From: Guillardia theta CCMP2712
Taxonomy: Eukaryota; Protista; Cryptophyta
Assembly (NCBI RefSeq): GCF_000315625.1
Contig: NW_005434636.1
Location: 124,001-188,000, forward strand
DNA: 64,000 nucleotides
Reading direction: 5' to 3'
In this document: in pieces, positions 52,354 to 64,000 of the stretch
Layout: every line of letters starts with the position of its first letter
How positions within the stretch are numbered: position 1 is the first letter of the stretch
Notes under the pieces: model-generated
Databases searched by the model: none
What the model was told of the DNA's origin: nothing
What the model saw: only the letters and a program-made list of their open reading frames with translations
Program-made: the position numbers and the translations under genes

Positions 52354-53796
52354 ATGAGTCTGACTGCTGCATGCAGGATGTCCCGGACAGTGAAAGAAGT
52401 TCTCTCAGTATCAAACCGATTAAACTTTGGAGATATTTGCCGTGAGGAGTATGCAGGCAGCAACACGATGGCCCTATGGCTGCGAATGTTGCAGTTCCAC
52501 TTCGAAGTGAACAACTTGAAGAGAGACGAGTATGTTCTTACTGCTTACAACCTGCTAGACATGCGAACTCAACAAGATCTGTCGCTTCTAATCAGCTCCG
52601 ATGAGCTCAAGAAGATGAGCTGGAAGGAATTCCAGCATCTGCTGATGATAATAAATTGCTCCGTCTACCGTCCTGATTCCTCTGGGAACAAAGAGAAGCA
52701 GAGTGACAATGAGAGTGCCGTCTCGTACGTCCTTCGCTCCCAGGCGATGTATGTTGATGCTCAAGTCTCTAGTGTCATGAGGGCCGTGGACTTCGACGAG
52801 GAGAAAATGATTCAAAGTTTCCTGGAAGGTCTCCGGGATAGCGCGATGAAGCAATCCCTCATGGACTGGAAGCAGAGCACCAACGCGAACTGGCAGGAGC
52901 TGATGAAGCAGGCGGTGAGTCTGATCAAGGGAAGCGTCGACCTCAACAAGCTGCAAGCATGTTTCTCATGCAGGAACAGCGGCGGGCAGAGGAAGAACAA
53001 CAACATGAGGAAGAAGATCGACGAGGCAGCTCTAGCTGGTGCTGGTGCTGAAGAACCAGCCAAATGCATCCTCTGCGGCGGGGAAGGACGTCACACCAAG
53101 AAGTGCCCTGTGCGGCAGGCGAACAGAGGAGCCGGGTCAGGAGCAGGACCAAGTGTGGGAGCAGCAGCAGGACTGCGAGCAGGACTGGGAGCAGGAGCAG
53201 GACCTGGGCAGAGAGCAGGAGCAAGGGCAGGTGAAGGAGGCAACGAGAGAGCACGGAGAGAAGGAAGGGACGGGAGGGACGCAAGGGGTGGGGGCGGCTC
53301 AGGGCCTCCTCCTGCTCCTCCAGGGTCAGCACAGGGAGCTCGACGGATGTTGACGTTCCTCCCGCTGAAGTTCAGGAACGATTCTCCCCTCCTCGTTCAT
53401 GCGCTTGTGGCCTCAGCAGCGGCTCGTTGCCTCATCAAGAGGGAAGTGGTACAGCGGCTGCAGCTGCCAGTGCAGAGCTGCTTTCTGCGCATACTGCAAC
53501 CTATGGGCGGTGAGATGGTCCTGACTGAGATGGTGAAGATGCCCGTCACCGTTGGAGAGTGGAGGAGCAAGGAGGAGAAGTTCTTCGTGATGGAGCACCT
53601 GCCCACCGAAGCGCTCCTCTCCTCATCATGGCTCTGGGCGAACAAGATTAGCATGTCCATGTCGTTGGACGGAACGGAGCTGACTGTTGGCGACGCTAAT
53701 CCTCCCATAATCCTTCCTACTTCTCCGCCCGAGGATGTGACGATGCCCGAAGGAGCCTTCATCTCCCACTTCGAGGTGATCGAGGAAAGAAGTTGA
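52354..53796 (+). CDS. Retrotransposon-derived Gag capsid + zinc knuckle + degenerate aspartic protease (480 aa, single ORF)
   Basis: Capsid-like WL..F.., SWKEF, MHR-like KQSDNESAVSY, FLEGL, WQELMKQA; CILCGGEGRHTKKC; retropepsin fold with ALVASAA in place of ALxDSGA. Confidence 0.82.
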   Translation: MSLTAACRMSRTVKEVLSVSNRLNFGDICREEYAGSNTMALWLRMLQFHFEVNNLKRDEYVLTAYNLLDMRTQQDLSLLISSDELKKMSWKEFQHLLMIINCSVYRPDSSGNKEKQSDNESAVSYVLRSQAMYVDAQVSSVMRAVDFDEEKMIQSFLEGLRDSAMKQSLMDWKQSTNANWQELMKQAVSLIKGSVDLNKLQACFSCRNSGGQRKNNNMRKKIDEAALAGAGAEEPAKCILCGGEGRHTKKCPVRQANRGAGSGAGPSVGAAAGLRAGLGAGAGPGQRAGARAGEGGNERARREGRDGRDARGGGGSGPPPAPPGSAQGARRMLTFLPLKFRNDSPLLVHALVASAAARCLIKREVVQRLQLPVQSCFLRILQPMGGEMVLTEMVKMPVTVGEWRSKEEKFFVMEHLPTEALLSSSWLWANKISMSMSLDGTELTVGDANPPIILPTSPPEDVTMPEGAFISHFEVIEERS

Positions 53797-54005
53797 GAGC
53801 GATTCCCCTCCCGCCGCTGCTCCTCTCCTTGTGAAAGAGGTGGAGGGGGTGCTGGAGATGTTGAGGTCAGGTTATATTGGTGTAAAGTCGAGCATGAAGG
53901 AGATTTGCATCAGAGTATTTGTGTTGATTCCCTTCTCCTTGCTCCTTTCTCTTCCTCTCTCCCCCATCTTCCTCCTCTGCTCTCCTCTCGTTGCCGTCGC
54001 TCGCT

Positions 54006-54514
54006 TCAGTTGCGGAACGGACCCCATCCGTCCCCTGGGCCCCGCTCCCCCTGCGAGACACCCGAGCGCTCTTTCCTCTTCCTCCTCACTTCCGCCACGT
54101 TTTTGTCTGGAGCAGCAATCGTTCCTGAGGCGACGGTCAATTGACGATAGTGAAAAGGGAGGGAGGTGGAGGAGGGAAGAGAAGGGGAGGACGAGAGAGA
54201 GGGAGGAGAAGGAGAGGAGAGGAGAGGAGAGGAGAGGAGAGGAGAGGAGAGGAGAGGAGAGGAGAGGAGAGGAGAGGAGAGGAGAGGAGAGGAGAGGAGA
54301 GGAGGACGAAAGGGCAGAAAGGAGGAAGAGAACAAGAGAGTACCGAGATCTTGAAGGCTCATGCTGATGTCTTCCAGGAATTGAGCATCGCCACAAAGGG
54401 GTCGCGTCTGAGAGAGGAGGATGAGTGACTGAGATGGCAGGGAAGAAAGTCGAATCTAGGAGGAATGAGGTGCAGGTGAGGACAAAGAAGAAGAAGATAA
54501 CACGGAGCATGATG

Positions 54515-54548
<34 letters not shown>

Positions 54549-54892
54549 GGAGGAGGAGGAGGAGGAGGAGGAGAGGTCATGAAGTTGAGACCTCGAGGTT
54601 CCCCGGGAAATCTCCTCCATCCTCGAGGAAGCCAAAGGCAGCGCGAAACTCGGCAGGGCCCGCCTGAGTGAAGCTGAGCTGCTGGCCAGCAGGAAGAGGC
54701 CGCAAACCTTGATCTCGGACCCGAGGTGGCAAGGGACGATCCTCTCGAAGTTCCACTGGGCCTGTCAAGCTAGTCAAAGCTGAGGTGTGCTGGATAGGAG
54801 CTGGAAGCGACCACTCTGTCGGCGAAGGCTAGGACCTGAAAGTATGAGTCCGTCAGCAAGGGGACGAGAGGAGGAGGAGCAGGAGGAGCAGG

Positions 54893-54928
<36 letters not shown>

Positions 54929-57167
54929 AGCAGGAGTGGGGGGGGGAAGAGGAAATTGTCACCTTAGCAGGTTCGCGGTCAAGAATCAATTTCTGCAAGA
55001 CTGCAGGAACCTGAGGAGGAAGAGCTGTGAGAAAGAGTTGAAGGACATCGAGGGGGGAACGACTCTAATGATGTGTTGGTGATCATGGGTTTGAGGAGGA
55101 GGAGGAGGAGGAGGAGGAGGAGGAGGAGGAGGAGGAAGAGGAGGAGGAGGAGGAAGAGGAGGAGGAGGAGGAGGATTACAAAGCATTTGTCCTTGAGTGC
55201 TTCGACAGACTCTCGCCAGTAAAACTTTCCCTGGCAGGAGCAGTCAGCGCGGAGTAGAAAGGACAGAAGAAGTGAAGAAGTTGAAAGAGCAAAGGATAGA
55301 AGAAGGGGATGGGGGAGAAAGAGAGTCAAACAAGAAGAGAAGGAAGAGGAAAAGGAAAGGAGAAAATTGGCGATTGGGCACGGGAAGACGGAGGAGGAAG
55401 ACCTGGGGGTGGGGGCCGTCCTGCGGCCGCCAAGTGAAGGGAAACAGTCCATTCCAACCGAGTTCGTTCATTTGTCCCTGATACAAGTTAGATAGTTAAG
55501 CCCTCCCATCCCATCCTCTTCCTCTGCATCTTTCCTTCAACGCTCCTCGCTCCCGCAGCCTCCACTCCTTCCTTCATCATGTCCACTTTCATCCATTCCT
55601 CATACACCCAACCCTCATCTCACCCTCTCCTCCTCTCCCCTTTCCTTGTCTCCTCCCTTGTCTTCCACCCGTGTCTCCCTCCCTTCTCTCCTCATCCTTC
55701 CTCTCCTCACCTTCTGAAGGTCTTTGAACGCCTGTCCCCAGGGAACAACTTCCACTCCTCCTGCCATGGCACATCAGACCTCCTCCTCCTCCCACAACAT
55801 GAAGGCAACCAGGTTGGAAGAAGAGGGAGAAGAGCGCTATCCTCTCCCATCCTCTCTGTCGCACTTCCGGCGTGTCCTGCACCTTCCCAAAGGCTGGTCC
55901 AACCATCAGCGACAGGAGACGAACTCTCAAGCGCCTCAACCATCATCGCGAGCATGGAAGAGGAGCGCGCGGGGATCGTCAAGGATGATATCGGGGATCT
56001 TGGAGGGGAAAGTCTGCACGACGTCGGTGACCAGGAGGGTCTTGGACTTCTACAACAAGCACGTCAAAATCACCAACAGACCGCAAGGCCGCACGTCCGC
56101 TCCTCTTCCTGACCTTGTGGAAGAAGGCCACATCCTCAAACACGCCCGGAGCTTCTCCTCCACGAGACTTGAAGGGGCCAAGGACGACATGCTCTAGGTC
56201 GTCCTTCCATGGGACATCTCCGTCGCTGCTCAGCGGGAGCGGTTGAGGGTTGAGACCCCAGAACAGCTGGGTGTACCTTCCCGAATGTGTCAACCAACGC
56301 CACGCTCCTCCTCTCCTCCTTCCCTTCCTCCCATCTCTGCCACCCTGATCCTTTTACTATCATCTCCTCTTCTCCTTCCTTCGTCCTTTCACTTCCTCCA
56401 CAAATTTGCCCCTCTCCTCCTCCTCACCCCAACAATCCAACGTTCTCAAGCCCGAACGGGAAGGAGTACTGATCCGGCACAACCCACAGCTCCGCGGAAG
56501 GAAAGTGTCGCTTGAAAGGACCAGCAGCCGACTTGTGCTCCAGCGCCGTGGAACCCAGCACAACAAACCGAACATTGCCATGCTCCCCCTCTAGCTCTCT
56601 CACGAGCTTCAGACATTCTTCAGTCGGAGGTACAGGGTTGAAGACCAGCAGCCCTCCCTTCTGCAGCTTCACCACCGTCATCCTCAACGGCGTCCACACA
56701 TAAAGAGCTCCGATAATCTGATCGAACGCCCACACCTCATCCTTCACAACTTCTGTCCTCACCGTCTTCTTCCTGCTGTAGGGAGCAAGGGGAAAAACCC
56801 ACCACCTACCGTAAGCCAGTCCTCCCTCGTCCAGCAGCGAGGATGCAGAGGCTCGCTCCGCTGGCTGCAGAGCAGCAGCAGCAGCAAGTGGCAGGGTTGC
56901 AAGAACAGATTTTCTGGTGAAGAGCGGGGTTTTGGTTTGATGTTGATGGCTGCTAGATAGGCGAAGGTCCGAAATTTCCTTTTCCTCGCCCGATGATTTG
57001 AGCGACAGCACGCTCGGAGGGACGGAGCGTGTCCTGGCGTTAGCTCCCATTGAAATCCTGCCTGAGAGTTTTCCGCATCCTGCAGGCATACTGATGAATT
57101 GATATGCGCGCAAGGAGGACACCAAAGTAAGAAACAAGATCGCTTTGAGTTGCGGTGCGGCAACCAT
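54006..57167 (-). CDS. DUF4336 family protein, probably plastid-targeted, multi-exon
   Basis: PLAPYSRKKT.RTEVVKD.VW.FDQ, PLRMTVVKL..GGL.V..P..PT.EC, LEHK, DQYSFP; signal peptide MVAAPQLKAILFLTLVSSLRA-YQF; terminal exons D.QFLEDIS..L and GERGPGDGWGPFRN*. Confidence 0.85.
54213..54303. repeat. (GAGGA)n microsatellite in a DUF4336 intron
   Basis: Read directly. Confidence 0.9.
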
Positions 57168-58118
57168 GGTTCTGTAGATACTTCGCAAATGCGAATTCAA
57201 GGGTTCACGATTCTCTCGATGGGGTCTTTCAGCTTCTTCTGCAACAGGAAGAAGATCAGTTTCATATGTCAAGAAAGTTCATAGAGTCTGCTGTTCAAAC
57301 ATCCTCAGTTTTAAAGGTCGGGTTAACTCACTTCCATCGCTCCTACTTGTCTTGCTGTTTTCGAATCCTTAGAACTCTCGGGACTGTCAAGAGCTAATTT
57401 TCCTTGTACGCATCTACAAGTGTGTTTCTTCTCCTGCTTCCTTACGTTTCAATGTCTCCAACTTTGTGATCTCTTCAACCGACATGATCTCAGCACTCTG
57501 TTCCTCGTTCTCTCTGCTTGTGATCGTCTCTTGTCCTCTCCTCTCGGTGGTGACTACTGCTGACCCCCTCCCTTTTATATACACGATCTGATCCCTACCC
57601 CCACCCTGGTTCCACGAGGTCTTTGTCCACCCCACCTCAAACACAAAAATGACTACCCTACCTTCTATATCAAAAGGACGACGAAAGTACCCCTTCTATT
57701 TACAAGATACCCCTACCATGTCGATACGCCTGCTCACATACCCACCCCAGAAGAGCTGCTGACTGATGACAAGCAGGAAAGGAAAGCTTTCGAAGCACAG
57801 GGAGCAGGAAGGGAATATAAGGATAGGAAGAGATGAAGGGCGGAGGGAGGGAGGGAGGGTGAAGGGAACTTGAGGGATCTGGAAGGGAAAGGGATGACAA
57901 TGAAGGGGCGGGGAATGCGATCAGGTCAAGGAGGCAGGAGAGGCCCATGGATGGATCCTCGCCTTTTGCTGTATTTGCAAGTTAATGAGCAAGATGCAGA
58001 ATTCGTAAGATGGAGTTGCTCATGAAGCGCACACCGAGACTGTCATGTCGATTGTGAACACATCCCCACACTCGTACACAGCCACGACTCCATTTCCTAG
58101 CTGCCTCACTGTTGTCTT

Positions 58119-59383
58119 TCATTCGACCTTGGATCCATGTGTCAAGATTGAACTCAACCTGTTCGACGAAAGCTCCTGAATCTCCTGGAAAGAGAACCCG
58201 CTCGCCTTAAAAATGGAGAACTGCTCGTCAAGTTGCTCGCAAGCTTCGCTGCCCAGCTCGTCCATCACCTGCTTCAAGAAGGACGCAGTCCTGATCCTGT
58301 GGTACATCGCAAGGCAAGCATCCTCGTCCGTGGGCCAGTCGTGGGTCTCGTGGAGCTGGCTCAGGTACATGGGGCATCTCTCTCCCAGCCTGTTGGGCCA
58401 GCCAACGTTGTGCGCCCAGATGCCATGGCTGGTGCTGCTCTTGTTGAGGTCCTGCTCTCTCTTGCCGCAGAAGTAGCACCAGAACTCGTTGCAGTTGAGG
58501 CAGCGCATGTGCGTGCAGTTGTCGTCCTTCATGCCGGAGATGCCGCAGGACGGGCAGGGCACGTTGAGCCCCATCTCCAGCGCCCTCTCCACCTTGTGCT
58601 TCTGAACACTCATCTGAGCACACGCGTAGTGCTTTTCGATCTCTCCCAGCTTCCTTGCTGACTGCCGACGATGCTGGTAGTTCGCATCCAGCTGGGGGAC
58701 TTCCAGCTTGCAGGTGGTGCAGGAAGCCTTCATGCAGTTCACGGCCTGGCAGCGCATGAACATGGCTCCATCCGACATGGCGCGAATCTCGAAGTACGGG
58801 CAGAAGGGGCAGCGAAACAGCTTCTCATCCTCGGTCGTCAGGGTGGTTGCGAAAACGTAGACGAGCATCAGGTTCTCGAACCTCTCGAGCTGAGAAGGGT
58901 TGAGGCACCTCTCGATTGTCTGCAAGTGGGTAAGGTCAGGACGCGCTGAGGGAGCGACATGTGGAGAAACCTTCACGTTCAGCTCCAGAGAGCAGATGGG
59001 GCACTTGGGAGGGAGGTTGTACTCTGGGTTCTCGAGGATGTTGTTGATGTAAGTTCCGCTGCAGGACTGACAGATGGCATGGCTCTGCATGCAGACGATG
59101 GCCTTTCCGTCTCTCGGCACAACCTCCGCACAGCCCATGCACTCACCGAGAGTTTCTTTCTTGGATGTTGCATTTGCCGCCCTGCCGCAAACAGAAGATT
59201 TCACTTCAAACACCTTGTGCACAGCTATAACATCTTCATGCTCCAACATTCAAGGTTGTACACAACAGCAGGTATCGCTCGAGTCAACACATTCAATCTG
59301 CCTTTGTTTCACCTGGTGTTTTCGTTTGAGTTTGCTTTCGATGGTCGTGAAGGAGTGGAGGTGTTTGAAGGATTTTGAGACAT
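58119..59383 (-). CDS. RBR (RING1-IBR-RING2) E3 ubiquitin ligase; start uncertain
   Basis: RING1 CMGC..C.QSH.IC..C..CPIC; IBR CPFC..C....C...C..C..H..C; RING2 CPSC....KDDNCTHMRC..C...WCYFC with the catalytic Cys. Confidence 0.88.
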
Positions 59384-59569
59384 GCTGATTAATCAATGTT
59401 TCAGGCGAAGCTAATAAAGAAAATTGAAGGAGAGTGACGTCGGGAAGGAAGAGACAGGTGCGTGTGTAATTCAAGATGTGACGAGAAGGGTTGAACCAAG
59501 TGCAATGAGAAAATGCAGCAAAGGACTTCTAAGAGCGGGAAGGATATGCAACTGTAGAGGCAGAGGATC

Positions 59570-59660
59570 AGGAGGAGCAGGAGGAGCAGGAGGAGCAGGA
59601 GGAGCAGGAGGAGCAGGAGGAGCAGGAGGAGCAGGAGGAGCAGGAGGAGCAGGAGGAGCA
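59570..59660. repeat. (GGAGCAGGA)n 9-mer tandem repeat
   Basis: Read directly. Confidence 0.9.
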
Positions 59661-60268
59661 GGGGCGATGGGGAGGGGAGGGTGGAACAGGTGCAGTGCGA
59701 TCAGCCTCGGACTAGAGCAGCGATTCCCCCTTAGCTAGGAAGCAAGAAGGGTCTAGTACCGGTCCCAGAAAGAGCAAAGGATGAAGGCTGATTGGTAGGT
59801 AGGGTACTTAGTTGAGAATCGGGGCGCCCGGTGACAGTATATTTTAAGTTTTTCCGAGTTCCGAAGTTCAACAGTTGGCCCGGGCCCGGACCCTGTAGTG
59901 CCGCTGAAGGTGTGTGTGTGAGTCAGTAGGACCTCGCCGCAAGCCACTGGGCCATGCCGATTGACTCGGCGGGCCATTCGAGTCAGTGATACCGCAAGCC
60001 TGCTGAGTGCCGGTAGCATCATCGGATCACAGCCATTGTCCATACCGCACTGAAGCCGCCAGGGTCACGGCCCGGCATTGCCAGACCGAGCCTGCATGGC
60101 CATGTTGCGCTGACTATATTCGTCTGTGACTTGCGGCTGGACGGCCGCCCTTGCCCTCATGCCATCATGCCATCATGACGAATGTGATTCGCCGGGGCCA
60201 CGCAGCGTAATCTTAGGCAAGATTTAAATGTACATCGATTTTGTAAGATGGAGTTGAATGAGACGAGA

Positions 60269-61405
<1,137 letters not shown>

Positions 61406-62940
61406 TTTCGCGTATAAGCTATTCTCCTTCAATGAGCCTGCAGTATGTTAGTTTCAGATAGACCCTGTCAGAGCATTGCAAAACTCCAGAATCCCCAAAA
61501 TTCTTGTCTGAGATCCATTAAATTTTCACTATGCAACTTTTGGCAGATGCTTCTTGTCACCCTCTCACCTTCCCTGAATACAATCATTCATCTCAAACAT
61601 CTCTTGTTCTTCACTTTTAACATTTATCTTCCCTTATGCTTCTTCCTTCTCGAATGTTTTTCTAGTTTTTCATATTTGCTCTCCGCTGACCTGAAACAAT
61701 TTCGTATCGTTGCATTCTCTGCCCCTTCTTGAAGTGATCTCCAAGCATTGCCACCTAGTTTCTCGCATCTTCTCACTCGTTCTCTTCACCATCTTGTACT
61801 CTGCGCATCTTCCTTGTCTTCTCCTCCCCTGCATCTGCGCTACTCCTGATTCCCTCCATCCTCTCCTGCCATCGCACCGCTTTGATTCGTTTTAGAGGAC
61901 CCCCCCACCCCTCATTCCTCACCCCTCACCTCGAGCTAGGCCCTATACCACCCTACCACCCCACCCTGTTGATTATCCACCCTTGTAAATTCGATTGAAC
62001 CACGGGTGCAAGGCCTACCCAAGGGTACCCCCTTGAGTGAGCAGAACTATTATGATCACCCCACCCACTGTGGACACAAAACTTGACCCACCCACACTCT
62101 GCACCCTACCCCCCTATGTGGAGACTACTACTATCACATCGATACCGATATCACCCCTTCTTCGTCCTTCCTTTACCACCCCCCTTTGATCACCCCACCC
62201 CATGCTGCAACCAGATCTATACCCCTTCCCCAATGTGGTCCACATCCCCACTTCGACCCACTGCACTAGCGCCCTCACAAGTCCGGGCCGGCCACCGGGC
62301 AATGCAATCGCTGAAGGGTTATGAGCCTCCCGGGGTATCACCCCACCCTGGTCGAGCCCCTTTGACCATTCCCCAATCACCCTTGTGATTCCCATGATCT
62401 TCGTGGGAAATGAACCGGTAGGATTTGACAATGGGGTGGTCAAAGGAAATTGGGGTAGTAAGTGTTAGGGGTAGTAGCTTATAGCAGGAAGGGGTCTTCT
62501 TACCCGAAAGCCACTAGAAAAGGGTAGGTGGGTGTTGCTTTAGCCGAGTGGGGTGGGGTAGGGTGGGGGACGACATGGCGGTTATTCTGTGTAGCTGCAG
62601 AGGGGTAGCATGGCGAGGAATGGACGCAAGAGAAGGGAGAAAGCGCCGCCATGTGAAATAGTTACGAGAACAAAGGAAACTATGAAGAATGGAAGAGGAT
62701 TTCCATGGAAGAGGAGAAAGGGAAGGGAAAAGAAGTGTGATCCTGCGATGGCTCTGACGAATGCGTTGCTTCAGGATCCCTGGCAACTCAACACTCAAAA
62801 AGATTTTGAGTCTGCAGCGTTTTCAAAGTTTGGATTGACCAGTTGTTTGTGTTTGAGGGATGAGATTCATTCTGCTGCTTGAGAACGACTGAGGATTTAC
62901 CTACTTGCCCTCAAGAACTGATTTCAACCAGTCTCCGATC

Positions 62941-64000
62941 ATGACAATACTGACAACTGACGCTCCTTCTTTTCACAATCTGTTTGCATGGGAGGATATA
63001 GCTCTGAGCATCCTTGCTCTGCTGGAGTCTAAGAGCATTGTTGCATTCAAGTGCACGTGCAAAGCTTTCTGTCGCTCGACGTTCATAGAGCCAGCAGTGA
63101 AGATGCGGGTGGAGAACATAGTTTCTTCACTCACCGCATCTCAATCGCGCCAAGAACATTCTCCGCGGTACGACCTCATGAATCACGTGAAGCTGCTGCC
63201 CAACGAGACATGGCAAGAGTTCCTCCCGGTCATCGAGAGCTACTCGGAACCGTTGGAAGCGAAGAAGTTCGTCAGCGTGAGGTCTGATCCCGCCATTGGC
63301 GCTTCTGTGGTCTACGAGCCTCTCATGCTGACGTGTTTACAGCACGGGAAAGTCTCAGACGGGACATACAGTCCTGGTGACGAGCGAAGGAGAGGTCTGG
63401 AGCTTCGGGTCAGACGGGTGGGACGGGCGGCTCGGGCATGGCGATAGGAGAGGTCGGGTGTTCCCCCATCGGGTGTTGGGACTGCCGAAGATGAAGACGG
63501 TGAGGATCTTGTGCGAGAGCAGTTCGAGGAGGCTGACGAGCAGCAGGTGGCGTGCGGTGGGATGGCGAGGAGCGCCCTGAACAGCGGCAAGTGCGACCCA
63601 GCCATGAACCCGGACGTGTTTTCAGGAGCTCTGAGCTCAAACCACCTGCATTTCACTCCCCGGGGGGTAAACCTCGCTGTCCTCCATGCTGGTTTCTGTG
63701 TCGGCGTCTCCTGTGCAGGAGAAGTCTTCGTGTGGGGTGACGGAGCACATGGCTGCCTCGGGCTCGGCCACCTCGCGGCGTGCTTCACTCCTCGTCCTGT
63801 TCCTGCTCTTGCCGGGACGCCAGTGCTGGAAGTAGCGGCAGGAGGAGCGCACTGTGTGCTCGTGACAAGGGAGAACGTGGTGATGGCGTGGGGGCTGGGA
63901 AAGTTCGGGCAGCTAGGAACAGGTTCACGATCGAGGCAGATGTTGCCGGTGGAGGTCACGGCGCTGAGGAGGAAGAACATCATCGGGGTAGCAGCAGCCG
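62941..64000 (+). CDS. F-box-like + RCC1-repeat protein, runs off the window
   Basis: EDIALSILALL...IVAFKCTCKAF (F-box-like); RCC1 repeats GEVWSFG...GRLGHG, GEVFVWG.G.HGCLGLG, VAAGGAHC, AWGLGKFGQLGTG. Confidence 0.82.

Noticed and set aside
54340-54428. Plus-strand EILKAHADVFQEL, resembling the gypsy protease-RT linker, as a spliced extension of the Gag ORF
   Set aside because: The same bases form a well-bounded minus-strand DUF4336 exon (TRPLCGDAQFLEDISMSLQDL) with good splice sites, so the plus-strand reading is probably a shadow.
62941-64000. RCC1 protein as the UVR8 photoreceptor
   Set aside because: No GWRHT motifs in the visible part, and an F-box-like N-terminus is present.

Overview
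Eukaryotic, gene-dense nuclear DNA with many ~50-nt GT-AG introns, abundant microsatellites and two 100-N gaps. It is almost certainly from the cryptophyte Guillardia theta: the spliced rhodopsin at 6500-7374 matches the GtR3 proton-pump sequence as I recall it. Genes rebuilt by hand across introns, in order: BTB-BACK protein, GtR3 rhodopsin, NADPH-cytochrome P450 reductase, V-ATPase subunit C, COG0523/CobW GTPase, an unknown protein, a C2HC zinc-finger protein, SPF30/SMNDC1, a membrane protein with a TIR-like domain, a leader-bearing WW protein, a nitrobindin-like protein, two tandem RWP-RK genes missed by the ORF track, a very large strawberry-notch helicase, a Gag-protease ORF, a DUF4336 protein, an RBR E3 ligase, Rab14 and an F-box/RCC1 protein. 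The strongest novelty candidates are: (1) a solitary intact Ty3/gypsy-type Gag capsid ORF fused to a catalytically dead retropepsin, with no pol or visible LTR (possible Arc/PEG10-like domestication); (2) a nitrobindin whose heme-ligand His appears replaced by Cys; (3) a receptor-like transmembrane TIR protein; (4) a zinc metallochaperone with an inserted Tudor-like domain; (5) a recurrent three-part intergenic module. Exon boundaries and domain calls come from manual reading; no searches were run.
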